From an uncultured Nitratifractor sp. (lineage in GTDB: Bacteria > Campylobacterota > Campylobacteria > Campylobacterales > Sulfurovaceae): a stretch of DNA of 26,672 nucleotides. Both the position numbers and the translations under genes were made by a program. How positions within the stretch are numbered: position 1 is the stretch's first letter; each line of letters starts with the position of its first letter. The stretch spans positions 1-26,672 of the forward strand of contig CAYSQV010000002.1 in the NCBI GenBank assembly GCA_964433295.1, given 5' to 3'. A model generated the notes under the pieces. It made no database searches. It had not been told where the DNA came from and saw only the letters and a program-made list of their open reading frames with translations. This document shows positions 1 through 7,996 of this stretch, piece by piece.

Positions 1-2
1 CT

Positions 3-110
3 TTGGTCGGTCTTGCAAGCCGCGACATCACGCCCGATCGCGTCAAGCAGGAACTTGCCAGCCGGTTTGGCACCAGCGGTATCGAAGAAAAAGCAAACCG
101 GAACAAATAA
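3..110 (+). CDS. 3' end of an unidentified gene truncated by the window edge (…LVGLASRDITPDRVKQELASRFGTSGIEEKANRNK*)
   Basis: Open frame from base 3 to TAA at 108-110, directly followed in frame by the TTG start of the MFS gene. Too short to assign a family. Confidence 0.55.
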   Translation: MVGLASRDITPDRVKQELASRFGTSGIEEKANRNK

Positions 111-1322
111 TTGTCGTACAAGATCAACAACACCAAGAGCGTTATTCATGCTTTTCTCCTCACCGTCGGTACCACCGTTGCTGAACCTGCCACGATCCTC
201 CCCCTGCTGGTGCACCACTTCAGCTCCTCGCTCGTGCTGGTGGGAATCTTCGCATCTTTGTTGCGCGGCGGTGCGATCGCCGTACAGCTCTTCGCCGCTT
301 TTTACGCACAGGGGTACGAAAAGGTCATGCCGTATATGCACCGGGTCTTTTTCTTTCGGTTTGCCTCGTGGTTTGCCGTGGGCGCGAGTATCTATCTCGT
401 CGGCGATCGCAATCCGACCCTGACTTTGTGGCTGATCGGTTTTTTCTTTTTTACTTTTTCGTTCTCCGCCGGTTTCGGTGCGATCTACTACAAAGAGATC
501 ATTGCCAAAGTTTTCGACTCCCATGAGCGGGGTCTGGCCATGGCCAATCGGCAACTGTTTGCCGCCATCGGCGCCATTATAAGCGGAGGGGTGGCCGGAT
601 GGGTTCTGGAGCATTTTGACGCGCCCAACAACTACGCGTTTTTGTTTATGATCTCTTCGCTCATCATGCTGATCGGTCTGATTGCATTCGGTTCGATCCA
701 CGAACCGCCCAAGACCCGGACCCGTCAACGGGAAAAAAGCTTTATTGAATTTTTGCGCAATGCCCGTATTTTGCTGCAGGAAGATCGGCGGCTTCAGTTA
801 CAGATCATCGTTTCGCTGCTGGGATATTCTTTTTTGCTGGCGATGCCGTTTGTCATCATCAAAGCCAAAGAGACCCTTACCCTGACCGGCTGGATGCTCG
901 GCGGCTTTATTACTGTGCAGATGCTCGGCGGAATGATCGGAAATCTGTTTCTCTGGAAACGGTTTGCTCCCAACTATGTCGCCATGATCAAAACTGCTTA
1001 CGGTTTTATGTTTACCGCTTTTGTTATTGCCCTGTTCGCCCAGGGAGCCGTGGCGTATGCTTTGATCTTTTTTATCTTCGGGATCGGGATGGACGGTTTT
1101 CGCAATGCCGATACCAATCTGGTCCTTGAGATCGCTCCGGAGGACAAACGCCCTGTTTACGTCGCGGTACAGTCCACCATCGTCTCACTCGGACTGTTTT
1201 TTTCCATTCCGGGCGGGTTTATCCTGCAGCTGACCAACTATACGACCCTCTATCTGATCACGCTGGCCATGATGGGTATCGGCTTTTGGTACACCCAAAA
1301 GCTGGGGAGACATGTCGACTGA
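111..1322 (+). CDS. MFS transporter, substrate unknown
   Basis: 403 aa with about 12 hydrophobic segments in two halves separated by a hydrophilic central loop (HEPPKTRTRQREKS). TTG start abuts the upstream stop. Confidence 0.85.
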   Translation: MSYKINNTKSVIHAFLLTVGTTVAEPATILPLLVHHFSSSLVLVGIFASLLRGGAIAVQLFAAFYAQGYEKVMPYMHRVFFFRFASWFAVGASIYLVGDRNPTLTLWLIGFFFFTFSFSAGFGAIYYKEIIAKVFDSHERGLAMANRQLFAAIGAIISGGVAGWVLEHFDAPNNYAFLFMISSLIMLIGLIAFGSIHEPPKTRTRQREKSFIEFLRNARILLQEDRRLQLQIIVSLLGYSFLLAMPFVIIKAKETLTLTGWMLGGFITVQMLGGMIGNLFLWKRFAPNYVAMIKTAYGFMFTAFVIALFAQGAVAYALIFFIFGIGMDGFRNADTNLVLEIAPEDKRPVYVAVQSTIVSLGLFFSIPGGFILQLTNYTTLYLITLAMMGIGFWYTQKLGRHVD

Positions 1323-1331
1323 TCTTCGGTC

Positions 1332-3122
1332 TTACCGATCCTCCTGATCCAAAAAGATCTCTTCGCGGTATTGACGGATATCGGCACTCGGATCTACCCA
1401 GAGTACACCCGTCGAGACAATCAGGCTTTTGATGATGTTGTTGGTATAGGCACTGTCGTTCATCAGTGCCGTTGCCATATTGGGATCGATGTAATTCCCC
1501 CGGATCAGTTTGTCCAGCTTTCCATTGGCGACAATGTCGTTCTTGGCCAGGATCTTTTTGGCTTTTTGCAACAACTCCATCGCTTTTTCTTTCTCTTCTG
1601 TCTGGGTGATGCGATGAATTCTACGCATAAGTTTGGCGATCCGCTTGACCATTTTGACGTATTGCTCTTTGATGTAAGGGTTCTCGCTGCGAATGTAAAC
1701 CTGCAGATTGTGCTGGAGCTGCTCAGTCATTTTGACCGCTTCGATCGTATTGCGGTTTGCCAGTTTGATGTTGTAGTAGCTGTTGACATATTCCTCTTCC
1801 ATCTTGGACTGGGCACGGATGATAAACGCGACGATCTCGCCGTATACCCCCTTGAGTTTGTGCCGATATGCCGCTTCGATGTCGATGGTGCCAAGACAGC
1901 AACCATGGGCAAAAAGCGCATCGATCTCTTTTGCCGAGAAGAGCGCGTCGGGGGACAGGCCCAACGCACGGGCAATGATCTCTATGGCATGACGCAGCAG
2001 GCGCTTGGATTCATCCTGGACCGCTTTGAGTGCCGTAGCAGGGAACTCCAAAGCCGCATCATTGAGGTAGATCGCCTTTTCGACCGGATGCAGCTCTTCG
2101 GGTGCTTTGGAGATAAAAGTTCGCTCCAAAAAACGGACCAGTGTCCCGACAAATGGTATGAAGAGTATCACACCGAAGATCTTGAAAAAAGAGTCAAAAA
2201 CCGCCAGTCTCAGCGTATAGTTGTCCGACGCAATGCCCAGCGCATCGGCAATCCAGTTGACCACATCAATGATCTGATAGAAAAGTGCGACCGTAATCGT
2301 CGCGGTCACAACATTGAAGATAAAATGCGCTCCGGCAAGCCGTTTGCCGTCGATATTGGAGCTGAGCGAACCGATAATGGCAGTAATCGTCGTACCGATG
2401 TTGGCCCCGATGGTTAGCGCAATGGCATTCTCATAGGTGATTTGCCCCACCGACAAAGCCGCGAGAATCAGGACAATCGTGGCATGGGAGGACTGCATCA
2501 CCACGGTTGCCAGTATCCCGATTCCGATGTAGATCATCAGCCCCTTGAACCCCCCGACCGAGAACGATGCCAGATCGATGGTATCCTTAAAGGCTTCAAA
2601 ACCCTCTTTCATGTAGTGGATTCCCAAAAAGAGAAACCCCAGACCGGCCAGCACATACCCGATCCCCTTGAGGGACTTGCTCTTCTGAAAGATCAGAATC
2701 ACCCCAAAAACCAACATCGGCATCGCGTAGGCAGAGATCTTGACCTTGAGCCCAAAACCGGCCATCAGCCATGCGCCCGTCGTCGTACCGATGTTTGCCC
2801 CCAGTATGATGCCGATTCCCTGTGTCAGACCGATCAAACCCGCTCCAATGAACGAAATGGTCAGTACCGATACCAGTGAACTCGACTGCATGATCGCCGT
2901 ACTGACAAAACCAAAACCGATGCTTTTCCACAGCTTGTCGGTCGAGACGCGAAGCACCCGCTCCAGCGCCCCACCCGAAAAGGCACGAAATCCCTCCTCC
3001 AGCGAAAGCATCCCGAACAGGAAGATCGCTACACCGGCCGAGATCTCCTTGAAATCCGGACTGATCCAGAATCCATAAGCTAAAAATATCAAAATAATAG
3101 GGAAAAGTATCTTCCTTAGCAT
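1332..3122 (-). CDS. Na/Pi cotransporter family protein (NptA/YjbB-like) with a helical C-terminal domain
   Basis: Duplicated QSSS/QSSH and GANIGTT motifs (MQSSSLVS…LGANIGTT; MQSSHAT…IGANIGTT), diagnostic of the Na/Pi cotransporter family. Confidence 0.92.
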   Translation of the reverse strand: MLRKILFPIILIFLAYGFWISPDFKEISAGVAIFLFGMLSLEEGFRAFSGGALERVLRVSTDKLWKSIGFGFVSTAIMQSSSLVSVLTISFIGAGLIGLTQGIGIILGANIGTTTGAWLMAGFGLKVKISAYAMPMLVFGVILIFQKSKSLKGIGYVLAGLGFLFLGIHYMKEGFEAFKDTIDLASFSVGGFKGLMIYIGIGILATVVMQSSHATIVLILAALSVGQITYENAIALTIGANIGTTITAIIGSLSSNIDGKRLAGAHFIFNVVTATITVALFYQIIDVVNWIADALGIASDNYTLRLAVFDSFFKIFGVILFIPFVGTLVRFLERTFISKAPEELHPVEKAIYLNDAALEFPATALKAVQDESKRLLRHAIEIIARALGLSPDALFSAKEIDALFAHGCCLGTIDIEAAYRHKLKGVYGEIVAFIIRAQSKMEEEYVNSYYNIKLANRNTIEAVKMTEQLQHNLQVYIRSENPYIKEQYVKMVKRIAKLMRRIHRITQTEEKEKAMELLQKAKKILAKNDIVANGKLDKLIRGNYIDPNMATALMNDSAYTNNIIKSLIVSTGVLWVDPSADIRQYREEIFLDQEDR

Positions 3123-3157
3123 CGGCGGAGAATACCCCCTTTCTGAAGACTTGATTG

Positions 3158-3163
3158 ATTATA
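3158..3163 (-). promoter_or_regulatory. Putative sigma-70 -10 box (TATAAT) for the Na/Pi cotransporter
   Basis: Perfect TATAAT on the minus strand about 35 nt upstream of the start codon, in an AT-rich divergent spacer. Confidence 0.55.
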
Positions 3164-3282
3164 CTCCTATTTTGCTTTGATAAAATGGATATTTTTATTC
3201 AGTTTCTTCCAATATCCAATACAATATTGCCTTTTGTCAATTTGTATTAAAACACAATAATTATCAAATAAAATAGGACGAA

Positions 3283-3288
3283 TATAAT
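3283..3288 (+). promoter_or_regulatory. Putative -10 box (TATAAT) for the sHsp gene, implying a ~120-nt 5' leader
   Basis: Perfect TATAAT in the AT-rich spacer, overlapped by one arm of an 11-bp inverted repeat (3254-3264/3284-3294). Confidence 0.5.
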
Positions 3289-3416
3289 TATTGTATTTTA
3301 TCGCTACCCGAAAGGAGGAGAAGCGCTCGATCGGGCCGCCACGTCAACACTATTTTACTTCGGTTAAACTTTCCCTTTTAGAATTCCATTTATCCCATAC
3401 CGATAAGGAGTTTATC

Positions 3417-4043
3417 ATGAAACGACCAATCAAATACCTCGCGTTGGCTGCTCTGTTGAGTGGACTCGGTTTTGGGGCGGTTCACGTCACGCAGACCAAC
3501 ACTCCCGCTTCACCGTCGGCCTCCTCGGCCACGGTCAGCGATCCGTTTGCCCAAATGGATCGCATCTTCGAGATGCAGATGCGACAAATGGAACAGATGC
3601 GCCGCCAGATGGACGCGATGTTCAGCAATTTTGAACAGAGCTTCCAGTCCCCAACCTTCCGCCAGACACCGCGCCTGATCCACTCATCCGGAGTTTTCAG
3701 TTCCGGTTTCCAGGACAAAGGGGACCACTATGAGCTCAAGATCCGTGTCAACGATCTCAACAACTCAAAAGTAAACATCACCGCCGAAAACGGCATGATC
3801 ACCGTCACGACCCGGGCGCAAAAAAAACAGGAGCAAACCAAAGGGAACTACGGCAAGGTGATCAGTTTTGCCAGCAGCAGCTCGACACAGAGCTTTACCC
3901 TCCCCTCAGATGCCGACGAAGCGACCATCAAAGCCGAACAGTCCGACAACGTTATCACCATCACGATCAGCAAAAAACCCGGATCAGGGAAAAAAGCCAA
4001 AGTCATTCCGGTCACCCCCAAGGCAAATTCTCCCAAAAATTAG
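3417..4043 (+). CDS. Hsp20/alpha-crystallin family small heat-shock protein with a predicted N-terminal signal peptide
   Basis: True start is probably ATG 3417 (SD AAGGAG at 3405-3410). The C-terminal half follows the alpha-crystallin pattern (…QSFTLPSDADEATIKAEQSDNVITITISK) with an IxV tail (KVIPV). The N-terminus MKRPIKYLALAALLSGLGFG is Sec-signal-like. Confidence 0.85.
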   Translation: MKRPIKYLALAALLSGLGFGAVHVTQTNTPASPSASSATVSDPFAQMDRIFEMQMRQMEQMRRQMDAMFSNFEQSFQSPTFRQTPRLIHSSGVFSSGFQDKGDHYELKIRVNDLNNSKVNITAENGMITVTTRAQKKQEQTKGNYGKVISFASSSSTQSFTLPSDADEATIKAEQSDNVITITISKKPGSGKKAKVIPVTPKANSPKN

Positions 4044-4049
4044 CCCGAT

Positions 4050-4075
4050 TTCTCCTCGGGATATTCCGAGGAGAA
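4050..4075 (+). terminator. Strong hairpin after the sHsp gene (terminator or 3' stabilising stem)
   Basis: Perfect 10-bp stem TTCTCCTCGG/CCGAGGAGAA with a 6-nt loop, 6 nt after the stop. No clear U-tract. Confidence 0.5.
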
Positions 4076-4158
4076 GTGCAAACATTTAATCGATACTTTT
4101 TATTAATATTTAACCATACTTATAATATATTATGATGATTATATATAAAAGGAAGACA

Positions 4159-4635
4159 ATGAATGTTTTGCACCCCCCTTTTGTCCACTTTGTCGTGGCA
4201 CTGCCCGTCGTTGCGCTCTTCTCCCAACTGACCTATTTGGCTACGCGGGATCTGGCCTACTCCAAGGCAGCCTTCCGGATCATCGCCATGACCTTATTGG
4301 CCTCCTTCTTCTCCGTCTACTCCGGTCTTTCCGATGCGCAAACCATCCTCGAAGGTCACCATATTCTAAAAAAAGGCCTTGATGTGCTGGCCAATCACAA
4401 GGCATTGGGGATGATCGCGGTTGCCCTTTTGCTCATTGCCACTCTCGTAAAATGGCTCGCAGTCTCCCGAAAATCCCATTCCCTGGAAATCCTGGCTCTC
4501 TTTTTGATCATCGTCACCATCGCAACAACGCTTTATCAGGGACGGCAAGGCGGAAAGATCGTCTATCAGTATGGGGGAGGGATCGATACCAGGATCACCG
4601 ATCAACGTACCACGGAATCCGCAACACGCCCTTAA
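4159..4635 (+). CDS. DUF2231-like membrane protein
   Basis: Start at ATG 4159 after AAAGGAAG, with TATAAT at 4121-4126. LHPPFVHF N-terminal motif, four TM helices and a later conserved-looking His (NHKALG), typical of DUF2231. Confidence 0.75.
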   Translation: MNVLHPPFVHFVVALPVVALFSQLTYLATRDLAYSKAAFRIIAMTLLASFFSVYSGLSDAQTILEGHHILKKGLDVLANHKALGMIAVALLLIATLVKWLAVSRKSHSLEILALFLIIVTIATTLYQGRQGGKIVYQYGGGIDTRITDQRTTESATRP

Positions 4636-4644
4636 TGTTTCCAA

Positions 4645-6000
4645 TCAGGTAGGATGGTCGGCATTGCCTCCGGCGAAATAGTGGCCATCAAAGCTCACCA
4701 GGGAGTAGGTGCGATCGCGTCCCAGCGAATCAATCAGGCCGTCGATGGAGAGGAAACCGACCGAATCGGCTCCGATGTATTCGGCGATCTCTTCAGGAGT
4801 TTTGCTGTTGGAAATAAGCTCTTCACGAGTGGGGGTATCGATGCCGTAACGGCAGGGGTATTTGATCTCCGGGGCGGCGATACGCATATGAATCTCAACA
4901 GCTCCGGCCTCACGCAGCATCTTGACGATCTGGCGCGAAGTGGTGCCGCGTACGAGCGAATCGTCCACGATGGCGATCCGCTTCCCGGCGATCAGGTGCT
5001 TGATGGGAGAGAGTTTGAGGCGGACCTTGAGATCACGGATCGTCTGGGTCGGCTCGATGAACGTGCGCCCCACGTAATGATTGCGCACGATCCCCATCTC
5101 AAACGGCACCCCGATCCCTTCGGCATATCCGCGTGCTGCGGCCACACCGCTGTCGGGTACCGGGATCACCAGGTCCACCTCTGCTGGCGAATCCTGCGCC
5201 AGACGCTTGCCGGTCTCGACCCGCACCTGATAAACATTTTTACCGTCAATGATACTGTCTGGGCGGGCAAAATAGATGTATTCAAACGCATCCGGATGAT
5301 AATCTGGAGCAAAAAGCTGCTCGCTGATTGGCTCCCGATTCTCTTCGAAGATCACCATTTCACCGGGCTTAATGTCACGGACAAACTCCGCATTGACCAG
5401 ATCAAGTGCCGTCGTCTCGCTGGCAACAATGTATCCGCCATCAGGCAGCCTCCCCATGCTGAGTGGTCGGATTCCCCACTTGTCCCGGACAACGAACAGT
5501 TTGGATCGGCTCTGGATCATGAGGTTAAACGCCCCCTCGAGACGCCCCATCGCATCCCGGACACGGTCGATGAGATGATCCTCCTGGCTTTTGGCGATGA
5601 GATGGATGATGTTCTCTGTGTCCATATCGCTCTGAAAAATCGCTCCTCTTTCGATAAGCTCTTCACGGACAGAAAGCTTGTTGGTAAGATTGCCGTTGTG
5701 CGCAATCGCGATTTCACCGAGTTTGTACCGGGCAAAAAGCGGCTGGGCATCGTCGACCGATTCTTTTCCTGCCGTCGAATAGCGGTTGTGACCGATGGCA
5801 CAGGAACCCGTCAGTTGCGAGAGATTCCCCTCGTGAAAAACCGAGGTGACCAGTCCCCGTTTTTTGCGCATGCGTATCTGCGTACCGTCGGCGACCGCAA
5901 TCCCGGTCGCCTCCTGGCCACGGTGCTGCATCGCAAAGAGTGCATAATAGGCCACTTTGGCCGCTTCACTGCTGCCGTAAACCCCTACAACCGCACACAT
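4645..6000 (-). CDS. purF: Amidophosphoribosyltransferase
   Basis: Ntn catalytic Cys directly after Met (MCAVVG), QHRGQEA, GHNRYST, HNGNL, FEYIYFARPDS, and the PRPP loop VDDSLVRGTTS. SD GGAGGT 5 nt before ATG 6000. Confidence 0.98.
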   Translation of the reverse strand: MCAVVGVYGSSEAAKVAYYALFAMQHRGQEATGIAVADGTQIRMRKKRGLVTSVFHEGNLSQLTGSCAIGHNRYSTAGKESVDDAQPLFARYKLGEIAIAHNGNLTNKLSVREELIERGAIFQSDMDTENIIHLIAKSQEDHLIDRVRDAMGRLEGAFNLMIQSRSKLFVVRDKWGIRPLSMGRLPDGGYIVASETTALDLVNAEFVRDIKPGEMVIFEENREPISEQLFAPDYHPDAFEYIYFARPDSIIDGKNVYQVRVETGKRLAQDSPAEVDLVIPVPDSGVAAARGYAEGIGVPFEMGIVRNHYVGRTFIEPTQTIRDLKVRLKLSPIKHLIAGKRIAIVDDSLVRGTTSRQIVKMLREAGAVEIHMRIAAPEIKYPCRYGIDTPTREELISNSKTPEEIAEYIGADSVGFLSIDGLIDSLGRDRTYSLVSFDGHYFAGGNADHPT

Positions 6001-6020
6001 CAAAGACCTCCCGCAGAGGT

Positions 6021-6051
6021 CAGTGGGTAGTGGGCAGTGGGCAGTGGGCAG
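6021..6051. repeat. Tandem heptamer repeat (YAGTGGG)x4 plus a partial copy
   Basis: cagtggg tagtggg cagtggg cagtggg cag, read directly in the dapB-purF spacer. Confidence 0.9.
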
Positions 6052-6118
6052 AATGATGGGTAGGGTGCGTTTGTTAATGTACCAATTGATGGAAGATAAG
6101 CAGTGTGTGTCATGTATT

Positions 6119-6139
6119 TTACTTTTTACTTGTTACTTC
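6119..6139. repeat. Tandem heptamer repeat (TTACTTN)x3
   Basis: ttacttt ttacttg ttacttc, read directly in the same spacer. Confidence 0.75.
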
Positions 6140-6164
6140 TTTGCCCGCAGCAGGCTGCGTCGCG

Positions 6165-6932
6165 TTAGATCCCCAGTACATCGTTGATGCTGTAGAGCCC
6201 AGGTTCTTGGTCGATGATCCATTTGGCAGCGCGTACGGCACCTTTGGAGAAGGTCTCTCGGCTGGTTGCGGTGTGGTTGAGCTCCAGAAACTCCCCGTCG
6301 TTGTAGAAGCCTACCGTATGGCGTCCGACAATGTCACCGCCCCGCAATGCCATGACACCGATCTCCTCCCGCGTGCGTGCACCGATCTGCCCGTCGCGAC
6401 CGCTGACACGTACCGCATCGAGATCCAGCCCGCGCCCTTTGGCGGCAAATTCCGCCAGGGTCAGTGCCGTACCGCTGGGGGCATCGACCTTGTGCCGATG
6501 GTGCTGCTCGACGATCTCGATATCAAAATCCTCCAGCGTCGCAGAGACCTGTTCGACAAGTTTTTTGAGCAGTGCAATCCCCGCTGACATATTGGTCGCG
6601 TAGAGAATGGGCATCTTCTGGGAGGCCTCGGAAAGGAGGTTTTGTTGATGTTCAGAAAATCCGGTCGTGGCAATCACAAGCGGCCGAGGGGTTTCGATGG
6701 CAGTCTCGAGCAGGTTTTGAGTCGCAGCCGGTGCCGAGAAATCGATCACCGCATCGCAACGGTCGAGAAACTTGACCATCGAATTGGTCAGAAGAACCGA
6801 TTCGGGAACCGGGGTCGTCAGTTCGTCAAAAACATGGAGTACACTCAGCTCCAACCCGTCTGTCTCAAGGACATTTTTGATCAGATGGGCCCCCATCCGA
6901 CCGGTAGAACCGAGAATGCCTATGCGTGTCAT
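6165..6932 (-). CDS. dapB: 4-hydroxy-tetrahydrodipicolinate reductase
   Basis: GSTGRMG Rossmann motif, DFS, ATTG, EQHHRHKVDAPSGTA catalytic motif. Start overlaps the trxB stop (TAATG). Confidence 0.98.
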   Translation of the reverse strand: MTRIGILGSTGRMGAHLIKNVLETDGLELSVLHVFDELTTPVPESVLLTNSMVKFLDRCDAVIDFSAPAATQNLLETAIETPRPLVIATTGFSEHQQNLLSEASQKMPILYATNMSAGIALLKKLVEQVSATLEDFDIEIVEQHHRHKVDAPSGTALTLAEFAAKGRGLDLDAVRVSGRDGQIGARTREEIGVMALRGGDIVGRHTVGFYNDGEFLELNHTATSRETFSKGAVRAAKWIIDQEPGLYSINDVLGI

Positions 6933-7870
6933 TACTGCTGCTCGAGGACATGCTCGAGCGCTTGCATCCCGGCAATCGCCCCGTCACTGGCAGCACACAC
7001 CACCTGCTTGGCCGCGTCAATCCGCACATCACCGGCTGCATAGAGGCCCGGAACATCGGTCCGCATCTTGAGATCGACGACCACTTCGCCGTTTTCGTTG
7101 GTAGCACAGAGGTAGCTTCCATCGCTTTGGCGAAGGACATGGTTGTTGACGTTGTTCCCTACAAATACGAAGACACCCGGGACTTCCAGGGTACGTTCGG
7201 TCCCGTCTTTGAATGCGATTTTAAGTCCATCCAGGCCCATTGGACCGCCAAAAGCCTCCTGGATCTTTGCGTTAAGCACCAGTTCAATTTTATCGTTGTT
7301 CATCACCCGTTCCACCGTCGGGGGAGCAGCGCGGAACGTATCGCGTCGGTGCACCAGATAGACTTTGGAACAGATGTTGGCCAAATACAACGCTTCTTCC
7401 AGCGCAGTGTCCCCGCCGCCAAGCACCGCGGTGGGTTTGCCTTTGTAGAAAAATCCGTCACAGGTCGCACAGGTACTCACCCCGCGCCCAAAAAACTCCT
7501 CTTCGCCGGGAAAGCCCGCACGGCGAGGGGTGCTTCCTGTCGCAAGAACAACGGTTTTGGCCTCCTGGGTCTGATCACCATCGAGATGGATCACAAAGTG
7601 ATCCCCCTCTTTGGTCACCCGCTTCACTTCACGCATTTCATGCTTGAGACCAAAATGCATGCACTGCTCAGGCCACGGCTCCATGAGGTCCATCCCGGTC
7701 ATCCCTTCACGGAAAACACCGGGATAGTTCTCGATCTCGCTGCTTTGGGTGATCTGTCCTCCGGGCGCTCCCATCTCAAACATCGTCACATTTTTCAGCC
7801 CGCCCCGGGTCGCATAGAGTCCGGCAGTCAGCCCGGCTGGGCCCCCGCCGATGATGGCACAATCCAACAT
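6932..7870 (-). CDS. trxB: Thioredoxin-disulfide reductase
   Basis: [11 protein letters not shown] motif, CATC redox centre, [15 protein letters not shown] motif, YAAGD. Confidence 0.97.
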   Translation of the reverse strand: MLDCAIIGGGPAGLTAGLYATRGGLKNVTMFEMGAPGGQITQSSEIENYPGVFREGMTGMDLMEPWPEQCMHFGLKHEMREVKRVTKEGDHFVIHLDGDQTQEAKTVVLATGSTPRRAGFPGEEEFFGRGVSTCATCDGFFYKGKPTAVLGGGDTALEEALYLANICSKVYLVHRRDTFRAAPPTVERVMNNDKIELVLNAKIQEAFGGPMGLDGLKIAFKDGTERTLEVPGVFVFVGNNVNNHVLRQSDGSYLCATNENGEVVVDLKMRTDVPGLYAAGDVRIDAAKQVVCAASDGAIAGMQALEHVLEQQ

Positions 7871-7912
7871 AATATTGTCCTCCTGAATAGTATAGAATAT
7901 TTGATCAAACCG

Positions 7913-7918
7913 ATTATA
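7913..7918 (-). promoter_or_regulatory. Putative -10 box (TATAAT) for trxB-dapB
   Basis: Perfect TATAAT about 43 nt upstream of the trxB ATG; SD AGGAGG is present. Confidence 0.6.
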
Positions 7919-7967
7919 GCGAAACAGGCTTGATGAACTATTCAGTCATGAAGAAACAAGAGGTGGA

Positions 7968-7981
7968 ACACCCGAAGGTGC
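7968..7981 (-). terminator. Small cUUCGg hairpin downstream of trxA (possible weak terminator)
   Basis: Minus strand GCACC-TTCG-GGTGT followed by a pyrimidine-rich run, with no clean U-tract. Confidence 0.3.
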
Positions 7982-7996
7982 CCCGGGGAAACGGGA

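Noticed and set aside
108-113. In-frame TAA-TTG junction as stop-codon readthrough or a split gene
   Set aside because: The MFS ORF is full length by itself and the upstream peptide is hydrophilic. Tight operon packing explains it, as with napB/napF (TAA-GTG).
3311-3318. Perfect SD AAAGGAGG as the start of a leader peptide
   Set aside because: No ATG, GTG or TTG at a usable spacing downstream.
3291-3416. N-terminal extensions given by the ORF track (sHsp 3291, yraN 8884, rpmE 18914, rsmE 19688, yfdX 10462)
   Set aside because: Downstream starts have clear SD sequences or match family N-termini, while the extensions run through promoter or leader sequence.
6021-6051. Heptamer arrays as a CRISPR array
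   Set aside because: Units are 7 nt and contiguous, with no spacers and no cas genes.
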